Assembly: GCA_030604855.1 (NCBI GenBank)
Contig: JAUVVC010000005.1
Coordinates: 30,001-62,000, forward strand
Origin: Erysipelotrichaceae bacterium
GTDB lineage: Bacteria; Bacillota_I; Bacilli_A; Erysipelotrichales; Erysipelotrichaceae
Length of the DNA stretch: 32,000 nt
Reading direction: 5' to 3'
Numbering within the stretch: position 1 is the stretch's first letter; every line of letters begins with the position of its first letter. Positions 19,223 to 26,280 of this stretch are shown here, piece after piece. The translations under genes and the position numbers were made by a program. The notes below the pieces were generated by a model that did no database searches, had not been told where the DNA came from, and saw only the letters and a program-made list of their open reading frames with translations.

Positions 19223-20257
19223 ATGGAAGGTATCAATTTCTTTCAGAAGTATTTGAGTATTTGGGTTGCGTTATGTATGGTTGCGGGTGTATTGATTGGG
19301 CAATATGTACCAATCATTCCCGAAACTTTGGGTCAGTATGAAGTCGCGAATATCTCGATTCCTATTGCCATTCTCATTTGGGTCATGATTTATCCAATGA
19401 TGATGAAAGTTGATTTCGAAAGCGTCAAGAATGTGGGCAAGAATCCTAAAGGCTTATATGTCACTTGGATTGCGAACTGGTTGATCAAACCGTTTACGAT
19501 GTTTGCGATTGCTTGGGTTTTCTTCTTTGTCTTATTCAAACCTTGGATTGATGGGGACTTGGCGACACAATACCTTGCTGGGGCGATTCTCTTAGGGGCA
19601 GCGCCTTGTACAGCAATGGTTTTTGTGTGGAGTACCTTAACAAAGGGCAATCCAGCGTATACGGTTGTGCAAGTCGCGACCAATGATTTGATTATCTTAC
19701 TCTTGTTTATCCCCATTGTTAAGTTTCTGCTGGGTGTAAGTAATGTGACGGTCCCTTGGGAAACACTCTTCTTATCCATTGTGTTGTTTGTGGTGATACC
19801 TCTGGTTGGTGGTGTGCTGACACGGCATATGGTTGTTAAGAATAAAGGTTTGGATTACTTTGAAAATACATTCTTACCTAAGTTTGATGGCATTACGACA
19901 TTAGGTTTATTACTTACCTTGATTCTATTGTTTTCATTCCAAGGTGAAGTCATCTTACAAAATCCGCTCCACATTGCATTGATTGCAATCCCTTTAACCA
20001 TTCAAACGTTCTTGATTTTCTTCATCTCCTACATTGGAGCTAAGAAATGTGATTTAACCCATGATGTGGCGGCACCTGCTGGCATGATTGGGGCATCTAA
20101 TTTCTTTGAACTTGCGGTTGCGGTTGCGATTGCATTGTTTGGTCCAACATCACCTGCTGTATTGGCTACGGTTGTAGGTGTTCTCACTGAAGTTCCGGTC
20201 ATGCTTATCTTAGTCAAGATTGCGAATTCAACCAAACATTGGTTCAAAGGAGCCTGA
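19223..20257 (+). CDS. acr3: ACR3-family arsenite efflux permease
   Basis: The ATG at 19223 lies 1 nt after the upstream stop and is preceded by AAGGAG. The product starts MEGINFFQKYLSIWVALCM..., contains GAAPCTAMVFVW and has 10 predicted TM helices. The ORF-track start at 19145 lies inside the previous gene. Confidence 0.9.
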   Translation: MEGINFFQKYLSIWVALCMVAGVLIGQYVPIIPETLGQYEVANISIPIAILIWVMIYPMMMKVDFESVKNVGKNPKGLYVTWIANWLIKPFTMFAIAWVFFFVLFKPWIDGDLATQYLAGAILLGAAPCTAMVFVWSTLTKGNPAYTVVQVATNDLIILLLFIPIVKFLLGVSNVTVPWETLFLSIVLFVVIPLVGGVLTRHMVVKNKGLDYFENTFLPKFDGITTLGLLLTLILLFSFQGEVILQNPLHIALIAIPLTIQTFLIFFISYIGAKKCDLTHDVAAPAGMIGASNFFELAVAVAIALFGPTSPAVLATVVGVLTEVPVMLILVKIANSTKHWFKGA

Positions 20258-20258
20258 T

Positions 20259-21320
20259 ATGATTAAAGTTCTCTTCGTATGTGTGCATAATGCGGCACGC
20301 AGTCAAATGGCTGAAGCGTATTTGAATGCTTTGGGTAAAGGTTATTTTCAAGCAGAAAGTGCAGGCTTGGAGCCTGGCGTTTTGAATATGGACGTAGTCA
20401 AAGTCATGGCTGAAGAGGGTTATGATCTAAAGGATAATAAAACAAAGTCAGTCTTTGACTTCTACAAAGAAGGAAAACGTTATCACTATGTGGTCAAGGT
20501 TTGTGATGCGATCAATGGTCAAAAATGTCCAATCTTCCCGTCCACAATTGAAACACTGGAATGGAACCATGAAGATCCGGCTTCATTCACAGGTGAAGAG
20601 GGTGAACGTCTCGATGCGGCACGTAAGATTCGTGATGAGATCAAGACCAATGTTCAAAGCTTTGTGGATGCGTATCTTTTGTCAGAAGTCCGCGGTAAAG
20701 TGAGTGATTTACAATGGATTCCAACACAAGAACCTATTGGCTTTCGCTTAAGTTCTCAATTATTAGACATAGATGCAAGTAATCAAGCAAACATAGAAGG
20801 TGTTTCGCGAGCTTGGTTAGAAGATAAGTCCTATACGAATCAAGCAGCGTGGATCGAAGCATTAATGAATCTACTGTGGTTGGAATTTGGTCCTGCCATG
20901 CTTAGAGAGATAGACCAAAGTGAGTTCACACAAACTCAATTGATGGGATGGATGAGAACGTTTTATAAACATGCTGGTATGAATCCAACATTACCGATGG
21001 ATATTCGACAGTTCGAAGCTCTATTGCATGCACATTATGAAGCCAATCAAAGCCATGTGAGATTGATGGCCCATTCACTGAGCAACATGCTCAATCAACA
21101 AGTCTTAGTGGACACATTGATGAAAGCCATTCAAGATAAACGCTACATCATTTGGTTGGGTAAAGAAGATGCGGGCATACTTATTGGGGTTGAAGGCGAT
21201 GAACTTGGTCCCCAAAGGCTTCAAGTCTTACGCAATGGAATCATCGAAGCGAAATCGATCAGCGAATGGTTGACCCTATCCAACGAGAATGACTCTCTGA
21301 TGATCGTTGAACGAAAATAA
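20259..21320 (+). CDS. arsC: LMW-PTP-type arsenate reductase (aa 1 to ~143) fused to an unrecognised C-terminal domain of ~210-220 aa
   Basis: The ATG at 20259 is preceded by AAGGAG. The N-terminal domain has the VLFVCVHNAARSQMAEAY P-loop (C8, R14), VCDAINGQKCP (C82, C90) and HEDP (general acid). The ORF then continues without a stop for ~210-220 more residues that contain no cysteine and no motif I recognise. Confidence 0.85.
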   Translation: MIKVLFVCVHNAARSQMAEAYLNALGKGYFQAESAGLEPGVLNMDVVKVMAEEGYDLKDNKTKSVFDFYKEGKRYHYVVKVCDAINGQKCPIFPSTIETLEWNHEDPASFTGEEGERLDAARKIRDEIKTNVQSFVDAYLLSEVRGKVSDLQWIPTQEPIGFRLSSQLLDIDASNQANIEGVSRAWLEDKSYTNQAAWIEALMNLLWLEFGPAMLREIDQSEFTQTQLMGWMRTFYKHAGMNPTLPMDIRQFEALLHAHYEANQSHVRLMAHSLSNMLNQQVLVDTLMKAIQDKRYIIWLGKEDAGILIGVEGDELGPQRLQVLRNGIIEAKSISEWLTLSNENDSLMIVERK

Positions 21321-21340
21321 AAAGCCCTACGGCTTTTTTT
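21319..21340. terminator. Bidirectional terminator between the convergent arsC-fusion and DUF2703-like genes
   Basis: aaaagcc / ggctttt stem with a ctac loop, an A-run upstream and a 7-T run downstream. It overlaps the stop codon of the minus-strand gene. Confidence 0.5.
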
Positions 21341-21833
21341 GATAAAACAGTTCTAAATTCTCAGGTAAGACATATGGCTTCAAATCGTTTACTTTCGGCT
21401 TATTCAAAATATGAAGTAAGATCTTTTCAATCAAGAATTTGACACTTGGCGCATTCACTGTTTGACCTTCTTCTTCGAAAGTACGACAGTCTGTCGCATG
21501 TCCACTGATTTCGCTACAACAACCGCATTCATTTTCAGTGACTGTTTCAAAGAGATCAAAGTTATTGATGCGAATGGTAGGGGAGCTTAGGAAGCGATAC
21601 TTTAAAGCGAGGTCCTTGGTGCTCATGTGGATCTTGTTGAGCTTAAAGGAATAGCCAAGTTTAAGTAAAACAGGACGTAAAAGCTCAAGGGCTTCTTCGA
21701 GTCGTTGATCAGTTGATTGGCAACGATCACAACGCTGTAAGTCCAAGTAAAGATAGTCTACATTCAGCATTTTAGTTGTTGGACAACAAGCTTCGACATC
21801 CACGCAACATCTTCCCATCACATTGATATTCAT
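21327..21833 (-). CDS. Cysteine-rich thioredoxin-fold protein, DUF2703-like
   Basis: 168 aa. The core (YLYLDLQRCDRCQSTDQRLEEAL ... FLSSPTIRINNFD ... ECGCCSEISGHATDCRTFEEEG) matches my recollection of DUF2703. There is an extra N-terminal GRCCVDVEACCPT segment. The start codon is uncertain; Met6 and Met22 are alternatives. Confidence 0.65.
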   Translation of the reverse strand: MNINVMGRCCVDVEACCPTTKMLNVDYLYLDLQRCDRCQSTDQRLEEALELLRPVLLKLGYSFKLNKIHMSTKDLALKYRFLSSPTIRINNFDLFETVTENECGCCSEISGHATDCRTFEEEGQTVNAPSVKFLIEKILLHILNKPKVNDLKPYVLPENLELFYQKKP

Positions 21834-21839
21834 CTATAT
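21820..21839. promoter_or_regulatory. Operator-like palindrome O4 (minus strand ATATAGAT-GAAT-ATCAATGT) overlapping the DUF2703-like start codon
   Basis: The first 15 nt are identical to O3 (atatagatgaatatc), and 14 of 16 arm positions match the consensus. Confidence 0.5.
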
Positions 21840-21924
21840 ATAATATACACCAAATTCAAGTGTATTTCACAATATTTTTATGAAAGAGTATGCTATGATT
21901 TTAAAAAATCAAGGAGACCTTAGA

Positions 21925-22272
21925 ATGCCAATTGGACATGTTACAGATTTAGAAAACAAAGTTGTGAATAACCCTCTCGCAAAGGATGCGAAGATGCGCG
22001 TCTTGGTTGGACCTGATCAGGGTTGGGACAATCATGTCATGCGTGTGTTTGAGTTGGAGGTCGGAGGTTTCACGCCCCGTCACCAACATGCTTGGCCACA
22101 CATCAACTACATCATCGAGGGCGAAGGATCCTTGTTTCTCAACGGACAAGAGAATCCTGTCAAAGCTGGATCCTATGCTTTTGTTCCTGGAAATGAGCTT
22201 CATCAATTCCAGAACACAGGCGATCAACCTTTTAAGTTCATTTGCATCGTCCCAAGTGAAGGACACTACTAA
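21925..22272 (+). CDS. Cupin-2 domain protein
   Basis: The ATG at 21925 follows AAGGAG at 21911-21916. 115 aa with the cupin motifs GGFTPRHQHAWPHINYIIEGEG and the downstream AGSYAFVPGNELHQFQNTG. Confidence 0.8.
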   Translation: MPIGHVTDLENKVVNNPLAKDAKMRVLVGPDQGWDNHVMRVFELEVGGFTPRHQHAWPHINYIIEGEGSLFLNGQENPVKAGSYAFVPGNELHQFQNTGDQPFKFICIVPSEGHY

Positions 22273-22294
22273 AACAAGCGAAAGCTTGTTTTTA
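22271..22294 (+). terminator. Rho-independent terminator after the cupin gene
   Basis: aaaacaagc / gcttgtttt stem with a gaaa loop and a T-run. Confidence 0.7.
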
Positions 22295-22357
22295 TGTGTA
22301 GATGATTTGAAAAGGGACACTTGTTGAGTTATACTTTTCACTTGTAAGAGGTTGGAT

Positions 22358-23566
22358 ATGGAACTAATAAAGCTTGGGTTGATTTTCATAAGTATCGTTG
22401 TCGTACTGAAGTTTCGTAAGAATCTTTCTTTAGCAATCATTCTAGCAACACTTGTGACGGCATTGTTGTTTCAGATACCGCTTGAACAGTTCATAGAACT
22501 TGTATCTAAATCCATTGTTAGTCCCGCCACCTTGACGATTCTTTTAGTATTCTATCTTGTTGGATATCTTCAGAGAATGCTTGAGGCAAGAGGGAGTTTA
22601 CGACTTGCTCAATCTTCACTGGATGGCATCTTTAAAAGTAAACGCATCACGACAGCCCTAGCTCCCTTTCTTTTGGGTTTACTACCCTCACCCAGTGTTG
22701 TGTTGATGGCTGGTGATATCGTGAATCAAAGTGTTGGGGAACATTTGAATAACGAAGAAAAAGCCTTTGTGACATCTTATTACCGTCATATACCAGAGAG
22801 TTTCCTCCCCATGTTTTCATCCATTTTGATCGCGATCAATTTGACTGAAGGACGAATTGATTTAAGTTCTTTCATCTTGGGTATGATTCCAATGATCGTT
22901 GCGATGATGGGACTTGGACATCTTTTCTATCTTAGACGTATACCCAAGCATATCGAAGGTTCGCATCCGCCGCTTAAAGAAAGTCTCTACAAACTTCTTA
23001 AAGGAAGTTGGCCAATCGCTTTGATCATCATCTGGATTCTTGCGTTTAATCGACCTGTCTATGAAGCCGCATTACTTTCGATCATCGTATTTATTGGAGT
23101 GGGGAAGTTTACTCTTCGAGAACTTAAGAAGACCGTATTTACGGCATTTGAGAAGAACCTAATGCTTAGTACCTTCTTTATCATGATCTTCAAAGATGTC
23201 CTCTTGGCAACACAGGTCATCGAGAGCTTACCGAGTTTGTTTGCTAATCTACCTGTATCGGATGCCTTGATCTTTGCGTTGATCTTCTTTGTCGGGACCT
23301 TGGTAGGGGGTTCGCAAGCCATCGCAGTCATTGGACTGCCTTTGTTATTCCTGACATTGCCAAATGCTGGATTACCCATCTTTATCTTGGTCATGGGCAT
23401 GGCGTTCATTGCGAATCAACTTACACCAACACATGTCTGTCTACCGATTACAGCAGAGTATTTCAAGATTGATTTCTCTGCACTCGTTAAACAATCCTTA
23501 CCTACTGTAGGAGCGTATATCGTAATCTTATTTGCTTATTATGGGCTACTAAACATTCTCATTTAA
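22358..23566 (+). CDS. Polytopic membrane protein, probably a DUF401 / ion-transporter-superfamily member
   Basis: The ATG at 22358 follows AAGAGG. About 402 aa and highly hydrophobic with 10 or more TM segments. The family assignment is from memory only. Confidence 0.5.
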   Translation: MELIKLGLIFISIVVVLKFRKNLSLAIILATLVTALLFQIPLEQFIELVSKSIVSPATLTILLVFYLVGYLQRMLEARGSLRLAQSSLDGIFKSKRITTALAPFLLGLLPSPSVVLMAGDIVNQSVGEHLNNEEKAFVTSYYRHIPESFLPMFSSILIAINLTEGRIDLSSFILGMIPMIVAMMGLGHLFYLRRIPKHIEGSHPPLKESLYKLLKGSWPIALIIIWILAFNRPVYEAALLSIIVFIGVGKFTLRELKKTVFTAFEKNLMLSTFFIMIFKDVLLATQVIESLPSLFANLPVSDALIFALIFFVGTLVGGSQAIAVIGLPLLFLTLPNAGLPIFILVMGMAFIANQLTPTHVCLPITAEYFKIDFSALVKQSLPTVGAYIVILFAYYGLLNILI

Positions 23567-23569
23567 AAA

Positions 23570-23585
23570 GCTTGGTTACCCAAGC
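23570..23585. terminator. Hairpin between the convergent DUF401-like and chrA genes
   Basis: gcttgg / ccaagc stem with a ttac loop. There is an A-run on the plus-strand upstream side, which gives a T-run for the minus-strand transcript. Confidence 0.35.
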
Positions 23586-24653
23586 CTAGAGAAGAATCCC
23601 GATCAACGCACCGGCTAGAATCAGCCAAGTTGCGTTGATTTTTGTTTTAATTAAGAGTGCTGCACTTATCAAGAATACAAGAATGCTTTGCCAATTGATA
23701 AGTGTCGCCATCCCCAACTTGATGGTTACGGAAGCCATCAAGGCGATGGAGGCGGCATTGACCCCATCCAAGAAAATGGATAATACTTTATTCTTTCGTA
23801 GTTTTTCAAACCATGGGAAGACAAGGGCGACCAAGAGGAAAGACGGTAAGAAGATTCCAATGGTTGCCGCAATGGCACCCGGGAAACCGGCAATGACATA
23901 GCCAATGAAGGTTGCGGTTGTAAAGACAGGTCCAGGGGTGAACTGCCCTACGGCTACCGCATCCAATAAGGTCTGATTGGTGATGGCACCATATCGAAGT
24001 ACAAACTCGGTTTCTAGGAAGGAGAGCAGGACATAACCACTGCCATAAAGTACAGAGCCAATCTTCAGAAACACCAAGAAGACCATCATGGCAGTCATGG
24101 GTTCAACCATGAATACTTTTCCTTTAGGGAATTTCTTAAAGAGGAAATAAACAGAAGCTCCGATGAGAATCAAAGGGATCTCACTGAGTCCAAAGAAGGA
24201 TAAGGCCAATACGGTGATGAAGATCAGAATCTTTTCAAAGGATGAAAGAATCGACTTCGATAAGCGATATAAGGCTTGGATCACGATGGCCAGGATGACC
24301 GGCTTGACGCCATCGAACAAGCCTGCTACAGCAGGGATGGACCCATACGTGACATAGATGAAGGCAAAGACCAAGACAATAAAGACAGCTGGTAAGATGA
24401 AGCTTAAACCCGCAATGATCAACCCAGGAATTCCCCCACGATGATAGCCCATCAAAATGGCCATTTCGGTGGAGTTGGGTCCAGGAATAAGACTGGTGAA
24501 GCCATACATGTCAATGAAGCGTTCTTTGCTTAACCATTTTCGTTTTGTGACGATTTCATCTTCCATCATCGCCACATGGGCTGCAGGGCCGCCAAAGGCG
24601 AAGATGCCCAGTTTAGCAAAGACTTTGAAGATTTCGAGTTTTTTGTTTTCCAT
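23586..24653 (-). CDS. chrA: Chromate ion transporter (CHR family), two-domain form
   Basis: I take the start at 24653 (MENKKLEIFKVFAKLGIFAFGGPAAHVAMMEDEIV...), which is preceded by AAGGAG. The GGP motif and a second-half repeat (GQFTPGPVFTTATFIGY) are typical of ChrA. Confidence 0.8.
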   Translation of the reverse strand: MENKKLEIFKVFAKLGIFAFGGPAAHVAMMEDEIVTKRKWLSKERFIDMYGFTSLIPGPNSTEMAILMGYHRGGIPGLIIAGLSFILPAVFIVLVFAFIYVTYGSIPAVAGLFDGVKPVILAIVIQALYRLSKSILSSFEKILIFITVLALSFFGLSEIPLILIGASVYFLFKKFPKGKVFMVEPMTAMMVFLVFLKIGSVLYGSGYVLLSFLETEFVLRYGAITNQTLLDAVAVGQFTPGPVFTTATFIGYVIAGFPGAIAATIGIFLPSFLLVALVFPWFEKLRKNKVLSIFLDGVNAASIALMASVTIKLGMATLINWQSILVFLISAALLIKTKINATWLILAGALIGILL

Positions 24654-24690
24654 AGGGGAGCTCCTTGTTGAGTTTATATCATTGATTTGT

Positions 24691-25893
24691 TTATTTCGCA
24701 TCGTTTTTGACTGCGTTTCGCTTGTCACTGCCGTATTTCAGGAATAAAGCAAGTCCAAGGAACCCAAAGAACGAGGCGGTGTAGAAGTTGACCTGTGGGG
24801 AGATGTTCCAAAGTGCGGCACTGAGCAGTGCGGCAATCGAAACAACGATATCCCGTAACAGATAGTAGGTTCCATAAGCGGATGCCTTGATGTCTGGATC
24901 GGCTAAACGGACGATCAGTGCTTTACGTGTCGGTTCGCCAAATTCCTTTAAGCCACGGACCACGAAAGCGATGACTAAGATCCAAAAGGAAGTGGAGATG
25001 CTTAATATCAGTGGAAAGATGGCAAAGAAGAAGAATGTGATCGCAACGAGTGTCTTATGCCGGACATGTTCGGAAAGTAGAGCGACGGGAATGTAGATGA
25101 ACATGGCGGTAAGCATTTCAATCAAGGTCAATAGACTAAAGGTGACGGCACTTTGATTCAAGTTGTTCATGACATAGACGACGACAAAGGCGTAGGGAAT
25201 CTGTTCTGCGAAACGAATCAGAATATCACTTACCAACAAGATGCGTAAAGCTTTGGGCATCCGTGAGAACCCCGCTTTGAGATCAATTGGTGAGCGTTCT
25301 GTCGGTTCGGCCACAAATCGACGAATAAAGGTGATGGCAATCAAGGCAAAGACTAAGGCGATGACGAAGGCGATGCGGGCTCCGATGACGATGCCATAGA
25401 TTTGAATGATGATGCCACCCAACAAAGGACCGATGGCCATGGGAATGCGACGCACCAAGGAGTGTAAGGATACGCCCATCGTATGTTTGCTTTCCTTAAG
25501 GGTAGAGGCGATCAGGGAAAGTATGGCAGGGAGTGATAAGGCTGTCCATGATATAAAGAAGATGGATCCCATCAGAACCGCTTGCCAACTGGGAAAGAGT
25601 ATGACAATCAAATAACCCAATATGGATAAGAAGCTTACGGAAATCAGTGTATTCTTATACCCAAAACGATCTGACAACAAGCCTCCGACATACGCATAAA
25701 TGGCACTGAGGAAATTATCCAAGGCATTGAGCGCACCGACGGCATAGGCTGAACCCCCAATCGCAAGGATGTAGATCGGTAGAAAACGTTCACCCATCTT
25801 TTCACCCATGCCAATCAAGATGACCATCACAAGCATGGAGAGGATGGATGGATTGAAACCAAAGCGTTCTTTCAATGTTTCTTTAGTTTTCAT
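24691..25893 (-). CDS. MFS transporter
   Basis: About 400 aa with 12 predicted TM helices and a GGLLSDRFGYK loop motif. The ATG at 25893 overlaps the padR 3-prime end by 11 nt; the ORF-track start at 25902 is a GTG. Confidence 0.8.
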   Translation of the reverse strand: MKTKETLKERFGFNPSILSMLVMVILIGMGEKMGERFLPIYILAIGGSAYAVGALNALDNFLSAIYAYVGGLLSDRFGYKNTLISVSFLSILGYLIVILFPSWQAVLMGSIFFISWTALSLPAILSLIASTLKESKHTMGVSLHSLVRRIPMAIGPLLGGIIIQIYGIVIGARIAFVIALVFALIAITFIRRFVAEPTERSPIDLKAGFSRMPKALRILLVSDILIRFAEQIPYAFVVVYVMNNLNQSAVTFSLLTLIEMLTAMFIYIPVALLSEHVRHKTLVAITFFFFAIFPLILSISTSFWILVIAFVVRGLKEFGEPTRKALIVRLADPDIKASAYGTYYLLRDIVVSIAALLSAALWNISPQVNFYTASFFGFLGLALFLKYGSDKRNAVKNDAK

Positions 25894-26194
25894 GAATCTC
25901 ACCGGTCAACTCGCGGATGTAGTGTTGAAGCTCGATCAAAGTCTGATCCCCTAAAGGACTTGTGCGGTAGAGGATGCGTCTTTTTCCCTCAAAGATGATC
26001 TCTTCCTTGACGAGGAGTCCATCCTTTTCCAAACTGTGCAACAAGGGATACAAGGTTCCATACGACACATCGTAACCATGATGTGCCAACTCTTCCATCA
26101 TCCAAGATCCATAGATCGCTTCTTTTTGGGCATGATGTAAAATGTGAAGACTCATGAATGCATTAAAAAGTTTACGTTTTAAGGGTGTCTGCAT
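25883..26194 (-). CDS. PadR-family transcriptional regulator
   Basis: 103 aa with the LHILHHAQKEAIYGSWMMEELAHHGYDVSYGTLYPLLHSLEKDGLL wHTH signature. Confidence 0.88.
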   Translation of the reverse strand: MQTPLKRKLFNAFMSLHILHHAQKEAIYGSWMMEELAHHGYDVSYGTLYPLLHSLEKDGLLVKEEIIFEGKRRILYRTSPLGDQTLIELQHYIRELTGEIHEN

Positions 26195-26205
26195 AGTATC
26201 ACCTT

Positions 26206-26229
26206 TCGATATCGAATATCGATATTATA
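26206..26229. promoter_or_regulatory. Candidate padR operator (TCGATATCGA / ATATCGATAT, tandem ATATCGA) overlapping a minus-strand TATAAT
   Basis: The plus strand reads tcgatatcgaatatcgatat at 26206-26225. The minus-strand TATAAT corresponds to 26229-26224. The AAGGTGA RBS and the padR ATG follow. Confidence 0.45.
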
Positions 26230-26268
26230 CTCGGTATTTAATCAAAACGCAAATCAAACGACTTTGAG

Positions 26269-26274
26269 TATAAT
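26269..26274 (+). promoter_or_regulatory. TATAAT -10 element, 6 nt upstream of the PAP2 ATG (leaderless geometry)
   Basis: The sequence reads tataat-gaaact-ATG, with the ATG at 26281 and no Shine-Dalgarno. Confidence 0.4.
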
Positions 26275-26280
26275 GAAACT

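Noticed and set aside
14149-21833. The redox genes (TrxR-like, CoADR-RHD, mini-Trx, DUF2703-like) could use selenocysteine recoding.
   Set aside because: I saw no in-frame TGA followed by continued homology. All active-site positions are encoded by TGT or TGC cysteine codons, and each ORF ends at a length typical for its family.
22308-22340. A hairpin (tgaaaag ... cttttca, 19 nt loop) upstream of the DUF401-like gene could be a riboswitch or attenuator.
   Set aside because: The leader is only about 60 nt, with a 7 bp AT-rich stem and no conserved riboswitch core that I recognise.
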